Source: an uncultured Gammaproteobacteria bacterium (lineage in GTDB: Bacteria; Patescibacteriota; Microgenomatia; Levybacterales; GWA1-39-11). Taken from it: a DNA stretch of 34,605 nt. Shown here piece after piece: positions 25,927 to 33,826 of the stretch. Where the stretch lies: the NCBI GenBank assembly GCA_964490835.1, contig CAZBEA010000001.1, positions 14,870 to 49,474 of the forward strand, written 5' to 3'. The translations under genes were made by a program, and so were the position numbers. Within the stretch, counting starts at the first letter, position 1. Each line of letters starts with the position of its first letter. The notes beneath the pieces were generated by a model. The model was not told the origin of the DNA. It saw only the letters and a list, made by a program, of their open reading frames with translations, and searched no databases.

Positions 25927-26946
25927 ATGAAAAAACGAGTTTTATCAGGAGTTAGAGCGACGGGAAGACTTCACTTGGGAAATTATCTCGGTGCGGTCAA
26001 GGGTATGCTGGAGCTGCAGAATAATCCGGAGTTTGAGACTTTCTATATGGTGGCCGATGCGCACACCATTACTACTCCATACAATGTTGAAGAGCTTCGT
26101 AAAAATAGGCGCGAAGTAATTCTGGATTATCTTGCAGCAGGGTTGGACCCTGAAAAGTCTGTCATTTTTCAGCAGGCCGAAGTAGGAGAGCATTTTGAGC
26201 TTGCATTTTATCTGTCTTCTGTTACAACGATTGCCAAAATGCAGCATTTACCCACTTTTAAAGAGAAAGTCAAACAATATCCGGAGCACTCGACCATGGC
26301 ACTTTTAAATTATCCGGTTCTTATGGCAGCAGATATTTTGCTGTACAAAGCAGACCAAGTGCCTGTGGGGATCGATCAGGAACCTCATCTTGAGGTTGCG
26401 CGAGAAATAGCACGGAGATTCAATCAGGATTACGGTATGGACTTTCCGGAACCGGTTCGATTTGTAACCAGGGGTGAATACGTCCCGTCTCTAACTGGAG
26501 AAGGAAAGATGAGTAAGTCGGTTGAAGGAAGTTATATTAATCTCACAGATTCTCTGGAGGAGATAAAATCAAAAATTGCAAAGATCCCGACAGACGATGG
26601 GCAAAACACAATACATCTAGATAATGGATTAGTTTATTTTAAAAACTCCACGGGGGAAATGCCGCCAGCACTGTCCACTCTCGTTAAGTATATTAATTTG
26701 TTTGTAGATTCAGGAAAAAGAGAGGAATTAACTCACCGTTATCCAGACGGAATTAGGTATGGAGAGTTGAAGAGCGAACTCGCTGAGGCTATTTATAAAG
26801 AGCTTCAACCAATGCAACAAAAAAGGCGTGAGCTCGAACAAGACAGGGACTATGTAAATTCAGTCATCGAACAAGGTGCTCAAAAAGCACGGGCAGCAGC
26901 GCAAGAAACACTTCGGGAAGTGAAAGAAAAAATGGGATTGAAATAA
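25927..26946 (+). CDS. trpS: Tryptophan--tRNA ligase
   Basis: 339 aa. The class I HIGH-like motif is TGRLHLGNYLGA. The KMSKS motif is present (GKMSKSVEG), as is the VPVGIDQEPHLE segment typical of TrpRS. Confidence 0.92.
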   Translation: MKKRVLSGVRATGRLHLGNYLGAVKGMLELQNNPEFETFYMVADAHTITTPYNVEELRKNRREVILDYLAAGLDPEKSVIFQQAEVGEHFELAFYLSSVTTIAKMQHLPTFKEKVKQYPEHSTMALLNYPVLMAADILLYKADQVPVGIDQEPHLEVAREIARRFNQDYGMDFPEPVRFVTRGEYVPSLTGEGKMSKSVEGSYINLTDSLEEIKSKIAKIPTDDGQNTIHLDNGLVYFKNSTGEMPPALSTLVKYINLFVDSGKREELTHRYPDGIRYGELKSELAEAIYKELQPMQQKRRELEQDRDYVNSVIEQGAQKARAAAQETLREVKEKMGLK

Positions 26947-26960
26947 CCCCCCTCATTAAT

Positions 26961-27239
26961 ATGGTTCAAGTTCGAATTTTTGTTTCAGGTATGGTTCAGG
27001 GCGTTGGTTATCGAGCGTTTGTGTGTCGCGCAGCGGAGAAAATGCAGATTCATGGCTGGACTCGGAATCTCTCCGATGGAAGAGTGGAAATTCTTGCTCA
27101 GGCAACAAAAGAGGTAATGGAAAAATTTATCGCCAGGCTTTGGGAGGGTCCCATGCTTTCTGAAGTAAAAGACATAACTATTGATCACGAAGAAATGGGA
27201 GAGATAGTATCTTCGTTTGAGAAAAAGCCTACAGTATGA
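26961..27239 (+). CDS. acyP: Acylphosphatase
   Basis: 92 aa. Motifs V.G.VQGVGYR and [12 protein letters not shown] are present. Confidence 0.88.
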   Translation: MVQVRIFVSGMVQGVGYRAFVCRAAEKMQIHGWTRNLSDGRVEILAQATKEVMEKFIARLWEGPMLSEVKDITIDHEEMGEIVSSFEKKPTV

Positions 27240-27499
27240 AAAAACTTGCAATTTTACCCATAAGTATATACAGAGTGGTTCCACAGCTATTCCTAAAAGG
27301 CATACTTTTTCCTTTGGAAGGTTCATGCAGGTATATACCGACATGCTCAGCGTATGCCACAGAGGCAATATCAGAGTACGGTGTTGTAAGGGGACTGCTG
27401 CTGGCCGTTAAAAGGGTTGGACGATGCCACCCCCTTGGTGGTTCAGGCTACGACCCCGTACCGCTCGGGTCTCGACAAAGCAATAAAAAAAGGCTATAA
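27236..27499 (+). CDS. yidD: Membrane protein insertion efficiency factor YidD
   Basis: 87 aa. It carries [15 protein letters not shown]...[15 protein letters not shown], the YidD signature. An ATGA overlap links it to acyP. Confidence 0.9.
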   Translation: MKKLAILPISIYRVVPQLFLKGILFPLEGSCRYIPTCSAYATEAISEYGVVRGLLLAVKRVGRCHPLGGSGYDPVPLGSRQSNKKRL

Positions 27500-27507
27500 T
27501 TTGCAGA

Positions 27508-29355
27508 ATGAATATACCCTCTAAGAAAAAATCTTCCAAGAAACTTAAATTTCAATTCACCTGGAAGGATTTTATTTTATGGGGCTTTTTACTACTTTTT
27601 CTTCTTTTTATATTCGCAGGATCGGGCAATCTTACTTCCAGCACAACGGCAAATGAAGTAGCAATTTCACAAGTCGTCGCAGACGCCAAGGTAAATAAAA
27701 TCGAAAGCATCACGGTTTCTGACACCAAACTTGATATTCAATACAAAAACGGCAAGAAAGCCGTAAGCAAAAAAGAATCCGGGGCATCACTCTATGAAAT
27801 TTTTAGCGATTCGGGTGTCGATGCAAATACCGTAAAAATTTCAGTGAAAGATGATAAAGGACTTGCCACATTTATTGGAGTCTTGTCTACGTTTCTTCCT
27901 GTCCTTATTATCATTGGGTTTTTCTACTTCATATTTCGCCAAGCGCGAGGTGCGCAAGAAAGCGTATTTCAATTCGGGTCGTCAAAAGCCAAAGCATTCA
28001 ATAAATTCTTTCCGAATGTGACTTTTGATAATGTTGCGGGAGTTGATGAGGCCAAACAAGAATTAACCGAAATTGTGGACTTTTTAAAACATCCGGAAAA
28101 ATATCGCGCAATGGGAGCTCGAACACCGAAAGGTGTACTTCTTGTTGGGCCTTCAGGGACCGGTAAAACACTTCTTGCGCGCGCGGTTGCGGGTGAGGCA
28201 AAAGTCGCATTTTTCTCTATTGCCGGGTCCGAATTTATGGAGATGCTTGTTGGAGTCGGTGCAGCGCGTGTTCGTGATCTTTTTACGACAGCCAAGAAAG
28301 CCCAGCCAGCAATCATTTTTATAGATGAAATTGATGCTATCGGAAGACAACGTGGGGTCGGAATTATGGGCGGACACGATGAGCGCGAGCAGACTCTCAA
28401 CCAAATTCTTGTTGAAATGGATGGGTTTACTCCAAATGAACAGCTCGTTGTTATTGCCGCTACCAATAGACCCGATATTCTTGATCCGGCGCTTGTTCGA
28501 CCGGGTCGGTTCGACAGAAGAGTAATGCTATCGTTGCCTGATCTTGCAGGCAGAAAAGCAATTCTTTCAATTCATGCCAAAAACAAACCGTTTGTTAAAA
28601 ATGTCGATTGGGAGAAAGCGGCGAGAAGAACCGTTGGATTTTCCGGGGCTGATCTTGAAAATATGCTGAATGAGGCTGCTATTTTGGCTGCGCGGGTTGG
28701 TAAAAAGGCAATCGAGATGTCGCATCTTGAGGAAGCTGCTACAAAAGTAAAACTCGGTCCCGAGAAGAAAAGACTCCAAACAGAGGACGATAAGAAAATT
28801 ACTGCGTATCACGAATCAGGACATGCGCTGGTTTCTCACTTTATGAAGCATACAGATCCGGTCCACAGGATTTCCATAGTCGGTCGTGGGATGTCGTTGG
28901 GCCACACACTTATTCCGCCATCTGCCGACAGAGTACACGAGACCAAATCCAGACTTCTCGAGCAAATCTCGACGATGTTGGGAGGAAGAGTAGCAGAGGA
29001 ACTTATATTTTCCGAGATGACCACAGGCGCCGCTGACGATATAGAGAAGGCAACAGGTCTTGCCAGGACTATGGTCATTCAATTCGGCATGAGTGCGCTT
29101 GGCCCAATTAACCTAACAGAAGACAGAAATAATCCATACGAGCCTGTTACAATCTCCAACGAACTTCAAGCAAAAATTGATGTCGAAATCCGAAGAATTA
29201 TGGATGAGGCATACAAGCATGCAGAAAAGTTACTCAAAACTAATAAGAAAGTGCTCGATGCCGTTGCGGCAGAGCTTCTGAAAAAAGAAACGCTTGAGAG
29301 CGAAGAATTTGAAGCTATAGTCGGAAAAAAATTGAGCGCTTCAAAATCCTCCTAA
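27508..29355 (+). CDS. ftsH: ATP-dependent zinc metalloprotease FtsH
   Basis: 615 aa. It has two N-terminal TM helices, AAA+ Walker [12 protein letters not shown], Walker B IIFIDEID, the SRH region, and the zinc site HESGHAL. Confidence 0.95.
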   Translation: MNIPSKKKSSKKLKFQFTWKDFILWGFLLLFLLFIFAGSGNLTSSTTANEVAISQVVADAKVNKIESITVSDTKLDIQYKNGKKAVSKKESGASLYEIFSDSGVDANTVKISVKDDKGLATFIGVLSTFLPVLIIIGFFYFIFRQARGAQESVFQFGSSKAKAFNKFFPNVTFDNVAGVDEAKQELTEIVDFLKHPEKYRAMGARTPKGVLLVGPSGTGKTLLARAVAGEAKVAFFSIAGSEFMEMLVGVGAARVRDLFTTAKKAQPAIIFIDEIDAIGRQRGVGIMGGHDEREQTLNQILVEMDGFTPNEQLVVIAATNRPDILDPALVRPGRFDRRVMLSLPDLAGRKAILSIHAKNKPFVKNVDWEKAARRTVGFSGADLENMLNEAAILAARVGKKAIEMSHLEEAATKVKLGPEKKRLQTEDDKKITAYHESGHALVSHFMKHTDPVHRISIVGRGMSLGHTLIPPSADRVHETKSRLLEQISTMLGGRVAEELIFSEMTTGAADDIEKATGLARTMVIQFGMSALGPINLTEDRNNPYEPVTISNELQAKIDVEIRRIMDEAYKHAEKLLKTNKKVLDAVAAELLKKETLESEEFEAIVGKKLSASKSS

Positions 29356-29376
29356 GAGTTCGCCTTCCCTGTTATA

Positions 29377-31548
29377 ATGAAAACTACCATGAGCAAATTG
29401 TTATATTTGCATGTCAAGAATCCAAAAGACGACGAAACGCCTGTTGAGGCGGCAACTCAAATTTTTTCGTCCCTTTTCCCATCACATATGGGTCTATTCA
29501 AAAGAATATATCTCAAGCCCAAAGTTATTTCTTTTGAAATGTATTATATCGACCAGTCAATTTCATTTTATGTTGTTGTGCATGAAGAAGATGAGACTTT
29601 TATAACGAGTCTTTTTTCATCATCGTACCCAAGAAGTCTCATTACAAAATCAGAGGATCCGCTAGCCAAAATTATGGCATCCAAACACGTGGAAGTGGGA
29701 GAAATGAAGCTTGCCCAGGCTTATTACTTCCCGATTAAGACCTATCAGGATTTTGCAAATGTAGATCCACTCTCGCCACTTATTGGATTTTTGTCCAAAC
29801 AAGAAGCAGGAATTTCCATGGGGATTCAGTATGTAACTGCTCCTGCTACGTTCCCCTGGGCGCAGAGCGCGATTCAAGGCACAAAGCCGTTGCCGAAGAC
29901 GGAGGGTGAGAGCGCTTCACATATCGATAAATTGCCGGCTTCACTTGTTGCAAGAAAAACCGCGTTTCAAGGAGGGAAAGTCGCAATCAGACTTATTACG
30001 GCCTCAGACAATGAGTTTCCGCTTTCATACATTCAGAATCTCGGCGGAACATTTGGAGCATTTTCGCTTGGCGAGGGAAACCAACTGACATTTAAAAGAC
30101 CCATTTTAAGAAAAAAGAAATTGATCTCGAAAATGCTTCACAGAAAGATTACATATCGAGATAAGAAGCATCACATCCTCAATGCTCAAGAGCTTGCAAC
30201 TCTCTGGCATCTTCCCGGCAAACAAACCTCTGGAATTAAAAATCTTGAATGGGGAAGGACTCTTGCTGGGGAGCCTCCTGGAAATTTGCCAACCGCTACA
30301 AATATGCCGGAGGAAGAGAAAAAGTTCGTGAATTTCTTTGCGACAACAGAATATAAAAATGCGCCGACCATTTTTGGTATTAAAGATGTTGATAGAAGAA
30401 AACATGTGTATGTCATGGGAAAGACCGGTGCCGGAAAGTCCACACTCATTGCAAATATGGCAATCGATGATATTCGCAAGGACCGGGGAGTGGGTATCAT
30501 CGATCCCCATGGAGATCTTTCAGAGACAATTATTGATTATGTTCCAAGACGACGCATGAATGACGTTGTGTATCTTGAGCCGTTTGATACTGAGCGGCCT
30601 TTTGCTCTGAATGTTTTGGAAATCAAGAATGCCCAGCACAAGGATCTTATCGCCTCAGGTATTGTTTCGATTTTCTCCAAAATTTATGCCAACTCGTGGG
30701 GTCCGAGGCTTGAATATATTTTACGTAATGTTATTATCTCTCTTCTGGAGCTTCCAAATGTAACGCTTATTGACGCCCTGAGAATCTTGTCTGAGCCCGA
30801 ATATCGAAGGAGAGTGGTTCCACAGATTGAGGATCAGGTGATTCGCAACTTCTGGGAGAACGAGTTTGAGAAAATGAACGATAAATTACGAACCGACGCG
30901 GTATCTCCAATTCAGAATAAAGTAGGACAGTTCGTATCGTCTAAAATGATAAGAAATATTATCGGTACTCCGAAGTCCACGATCAATCTAGAGGACATTA
31001 TGAATGAGGGGAAAATCCTCATACTCAATCTCTCACAAGGTAAATTGGGTGAGGATAACGCGGCGCTCTTGGGTGCGATGATTATTACACAAATTCAACT
31101 GGCAGCTATGAACCGGGCATTTATGAAAGAAGAGGATAGGCGAGACTTTTTCTTGTATGTTGATGAGTTTCAAAATTTTGCCACATCGTCGTTTATTAAA
31201 ATTCTTTCCGAGGCCAGAAAGTATAGGCTCGCAATCACGCTTGCCAATCAGTACATCGATCAGCTTGATGAGACGATCCAGCGTGCAATCTTCGGAAATG
31301 CGGGGACACTTGCAACATTCGTAACAGGCGCAAATGATGCAACACTGCTGGCTAAAGAATTTGCCGAGATGTATTCACAAAACGAATTGGTATCGCTCGG
31401 AAAATACGAGATTATAGTAAAACTCTCGATCGATGGAATGACCTCGATGCCATTTCCAGCAAAGACCCTGCCGCTTCCAAACCTGAAGAATGATAACCGT
31501 GAGACAATTATCCGCCTCTCAAAAGAACGCTACGGCCGAAAGATATAA
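29377..31548 (+). CDS. TraD/VirD4-like (FtsK-HerA superfamily) P-loop ATPase with a ~330-aa N-terminal domain of unknown function
   Basis: 723 aa. Walker A is VMGKTGAGKST followed by GIIDPHGDL. Walker B-like is FFLYVDEFQNF, followed by EARKYRLAITLANQ, as in type IV coupling protein/HerA-type ATPases. I see no hydrophobic TM segment in the N-terminal region. Confidence 0.7.
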   Translation: MKTTMSKLLYLHVKNPKDDETPVEAATQIFSSLFPSHMGLFKRIYLKPKVISFEMYYIDQSISFYVVVHEEDETFITSLFSSSYPRSLITKSEDPLAKIMASKHVEVGEMKLAQAYYFPIKTYQDFANVDPLSPLIGFLSKQEAGISMGIQYVTAPATFPWAQSAIQGTKPLPKTEGESASHIDKLPASLVARKTAFQGGKVAIRLITASDNEFPLSYIQNLGGTFGAFSLGEGNQLTFKRPILRKKKLISKMLHRKITYRDKKHHILNAQELATLWHLPGKQTSGIKNLEWGRTLAGEPPGNLPTATNMPEEEKKFVNFFATTEYKNAPTIFGIKDVDRRKHVYVMGKTGAGKSTLIANMAIDDIRKDRGVGIIDPHGDLSETIIDYVPRRRMNDVVYLEPFDTERPFALNVLEIKNAQHKDLIASGIVSIFSKIYANSWGPRLEYILRNVIISLLELPNVTLIDALRILSEPEYRRRVVPQIEDQVIRNFWENEFEKMNDKLRTDAVSPIQNKVGQFVSSKMIRNIIGTPKSTINLEDIMNEGKILILNLSQGKLGEDNAALLGAMIITQIQLAAMNRAFMKEEDRRDFFLYVDEFQNFATSSFIKILSEARKYRLAITLANQYIDQLDETIQRAIFGNAGTLATFVTGANDATLLAKEFAEMYSQNELVSLGKYEIIVKLSIDGMTSMPFPAKTLPLPNLKNDNRETIIRLSKERYGRKI

Positions 31549-31580
31549 ATCTCTCTGACACTATTCTGACAATTCCTCAT

Positions 31581-31609
31581 TTGACATCGTATAGTATGGA
31601 AGTTATACT
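31581..31609 (+). promoter_or_regulatory. Near-consensus sigma70 promoter TTGACA-17 nt-TATACT
   Basis: TTGACA lies at 31581-31586 and TATACT at 31604-31609, with a 17-nt spacer. It sits in the AT-rich spacer about 190 nt upstream of the aldolase start. Confidence 0.5.
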
Positions 31610-31661
31610 TTCATGGTTTTGCCAAGAAAATGCTCATTTGCATGCATTTTTGTGGCATTTT

Positions 31662-31701
31662 AGGCCTATCGAGGAATATCCTTATAGGCTTTTGTTCTTT
31701 T
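31662..31701 (+). terminator. Long imperfect hairpin plus T-tract (intrinsic-terminator or attenuator-like) inside the aldolase leader
   Basis: AGGCCTAT (31662-31669) pairs with ATAGGCTT (31684-31691). The inner stem is GAGGA/TCCTT with loop ATA and one bulged C. It is followed by TTTTGTTCTTTT up to 31701. A second weaker hairpin plus TTTT lies at 31735-31753 (AAGAGA-ATTA-TCTCTT). Confidence 0.4.
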
Positions 31702-31805
31702 ACATTCGTGATGAGTGTGATGGGCGCCAGAAAGAAGAGAATTATCTCTTTTTCCCGGCTTCCGTCACACAAGTGTGGAGGTACATTCTAACCTAAGAGG
31801 TGAAC

Positions 31806-32807
31806 ATGACAACGATACAGGAAACAGCCCAACAGATGGTTGAGCGGCCGAAGGTTATCGTCGCCGCCGACGAAAGCACAGGCACCATGCAAAAGCGTAT
31901 GGATTCGATCCAAACGCCCAACACCCCGGAGAACCGTCACGCATACCGCGGATTGCTCTTCAGTACCCCCGTCAGCGAGTACGTCGGCGGGGTCATCCTT
32001 TTCAAGGAGACGCTCGAGTGCGAAGAACTCGTCCGACTCCTTGTCGAACAAGGCATTGTTCCAGGGATCAAGGTCGACGAGGGCCTCGAGCCGTTCGGCA
32101 CGATCGCAGGAGAGCAAGTCGTCAAGGGATTCCTTGATGTCGAAACCCGGTTTCCGGGTTGGCTCGATCTCGGCGCGAGGTTTACCAAGGAACGTAGTCT
32201 CTTCAACATCGTAGGCGATTCGCCTTCGGCTGGCTGCATCCAAGCCAACGCTCGGGCCCAAGCACAGTTCGCAATCAAGGCACAGAAGGCCGGGCTAGTC
32301 CCGATCGTCGAGCCTGAGGTCGAACTTACAGGTGCGCACGACGCAGCAACTGCCGAGCGAGTGATCGCTCGGGTCCTGAAAGCCACCTTCAACGAGCTTG
32401 CTCTCGCGGGAGTCAATCCGAAGGGCATGATCCTAAAGCCTTCGATGGCGGTGTCCGGCAAGGACGGAGGAGTCAACCGAGCTAGCGCTGAAGAGGTCGC
32501 AGAACGCACACTCAGGGCTCTTTTCGCGACGGTCCCGTCTGATGTTCCGGGAATCGCCTTCCTCTCCGGAGGGCAGGGCGACGAGGAAGCGGACACCAAC
32601 CTCAACGCGATCAATGTTCTGGCTGCTGCCAAGAATGCGCCATGGCGGATCACTGCTTCGTTCAGCCGGAGTCTTATCGGTACACCCCTCAAGGTGTGGC
32701 GTGGCGATCCGGCGAACGTTACTACCGCACAGGCGGCATTCAAGCAGCGGTGCGAGCGAGTCAGCGCGGCCAGCATGGGCCGCTTGGGAGAATTCGCCGC
32801 AGTCTGA
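31806..32807 (+). CDS. fba: Fructose-bisphosphate aldolase, class I (Schiff-base type)
   Basis: Motifs seen: VAADESTGTMQKRM, ENRHAYRGLLF, GGVILFKETL, PGIKVDEG, FTKER, VPIVEPEV, ILKPSM (Schiff-base Lys context), FLSGGQ, and INLNAIN-like NLNAIN. ATG 31806 is preceded by AAGAGGTGA; the track ORF starts at GTG 31800. G+C is markedly higher than in the neighbouring genes. Confidence 0.9.
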   Translation: MTTIQETAQQMVERPKVIVAADESTGTMQKRMDSIQTPNTPENRHAYRGLLFSTPVSEYVGGVILFKETLECEELVRLLVEQGIVPGIKVDEGLEPFGTIAGEQVVKGFLDVETRFPGWLDLGARFTKERSLFNIVGDSPSAGCIQANARAQAQFAIKAQKAGLVPIVEPEVELTGAHDAATAERVIARVLKATFNELALAGVNPKGMILKPSMAVSGKDGGVNRASAEEVAERTLRALFATVPSDVPGIAFLSGGQGDEEADTNLNAINVLAAAKNAPWRITASFSRSLIGTPLKVWRGDPANVTTAQAAFKQRCERVSAASMGRLGEFAAV

Positions 32808-32832
32808 ATCACGGCATCATCACGAACTATAC

Positions 32833-32854
32833 CCGGCCCCCTTCGGGGGGCCGG
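32833..32854 (+). terminator. GC-only stem-loop downstream of the aldolase (CCGGCCCCC-TTCG-GGGGGCCGG)
   Basis: A perfect 9-bp G/C stem with a TTCG tetraloop begins 26 nt after the fba stop. It is followed by CCCATTTCCC, so there is no proper U-tract, as is common in terminators of high-GC bacteria. Confidence 0.5.
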
Positions 32855-32890
32855 CCCATTTCCCTCAAATCATACGCTATAATACTTTCT

Positions 32891-33826
32891 ATGACCGATA
32901 AAAAAGACGTATTTTTACTAATCGACGGCTCGGCAATTGTTCACCGCGCGTATCACGCGATGCCGCCGCTTACTACTTCAAAAGGGTTTGACACCGGTGC
33001 GATTCATGGGTTTTTCTCAATGCTTTTAAAAGTTATTCAACAATTTGAGCCACGACACGTCGTCGTTGCATTCGATCGTCCTGTTCCGACGTTCCGGCAG
33101 CAGATGTATGTTGGGTACCAGGCACAACGTCCGAAAATGGAATCTGATCTCTCGAACCAGTTCGGGGCAATTATTTCAATACTGGCCACGGCCAAAATTC
33201 CAACCTACGCAGTAGACGGGTACGAAGCGGATGATATTATCGGAACAATTGCAGAAAAAGCCAAAAGTATGGGCAATATTGTGTATATCCTCACTGGAGA
33301 TCGCGACATGATGCAGCTGGTGAACCACAAAACTCGCATCATCATGCCTCTGAAAGGAATTTCCGAAGTATCGATTTATGACGAGGAAAAAGTTATTGAA
33401 AAGTTTGGCGTACCGCCTGAGAAGATTGTTGAGCTCAAGGCTCTTCAAGGAGATGCATCGGATAATTACCCGGGGGTCCCGGGTGTCGGACCAAAGACTG
33501 CTGCTTTGTTAGTCGAACAATTTGGAACGGTTGAAGGAATTTACGAGCACCTCGGAGATATTCAGGCGAAGAATCCAAAACTCGCCGAGCGATTAGTTGC
33601 TGGTGCCGAGCATGCAATTTTGGGAAAGAAGCTCGCAACAATTCTACGTGATGTTCCGTTTGTGTACACGGTTGAGGATGGGGAGCTTTCAAGATTTGAC
33701 ATCTCATCGTGGAAAAATGCGCTCGAAGAGTACGAAATGAAGGCGCTCCCCAAGAGAATCGATGAGGTCTTCTTAAAAGACAATGCGATAAACTCTGACG
33801 GAAAGGGTCAGATGAAACTGATTTAG
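32891..33826 (+). CDS. Stand-alone 5'-3' exonuclease / flap endonuclease (Pol I N-terminal domain homologue)
   Basis: The ORF 32642..33826 starts inside fba. The real start is ATG 32891 (MTDKKDVFLLIDGSAIVHRAYHA), preceded by TATAAT at 32877-32882. It has PIN-like motifs (VAFDRP, GYEADDIIGT, LTGDRDMMQL) and the H3TH motif GDASDNYPGVPGVGPKTA. No polymerase domain follows. Confidence 0.88.
   Translation: MTDKKDVFLLIDGSAIVHRAYHAMPPLTTSKGFDTGAIHGFFSMLLKVIQQFEPRHVVVAFDRPVPTFRQQMYVGYQAQRPKMESDLSNQFGAIISILATAKIPTYAVDGYEADDIIGTIAEKAKSMGNIVYILTGDRDMMQLVNHKTRIIMPLKGISEVSIYDEEKVIEKFGVPPEKIVELKALQGDASDNYPGVPGVGPKTAALLVEQFGTVEGIYEHLGDIQAKNPKLAERLVAGAEHAILGKKLATILRDVPFVYTVEDGELSRFDISSWKNALEEYEMKALPKRIDEVFLKDNAINSDGKGQMKLI

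Noticed and set aside
27969-28466. 165-aa and other antisense ORFs inside ftsH; similar antisense ORFs occur inside gap, PBP1A, glmS and valS
   Set aside because: They overlap strongly supported genes on the opposite strand or in another frame, and have no recognisable features.
31581-31796. A 71-aa ORF filling the spacer upstream of the aldolase
   Set aside because: It starts at a TTG that is itself the -35 hexamer of a near-consensus promoter. It also runs through terminator-like hairpins, has no SD, and has an odd Trp/Phe/Cys-rich composition.
31937-32812. A 291-aa minus-strand ORF, plus ORFs 31788..32261 (-), 31840..32214 (+) and 32542..32901 (+) overlapping the aldolase
   Set aside because: Their translations are Arg/Ala/Ser/Pro-rich and low-complexity, and have no motifs. 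Long alternative-frame ORFs are expected in GC-rich DNA. The aldolase frame carries all the family motifs.
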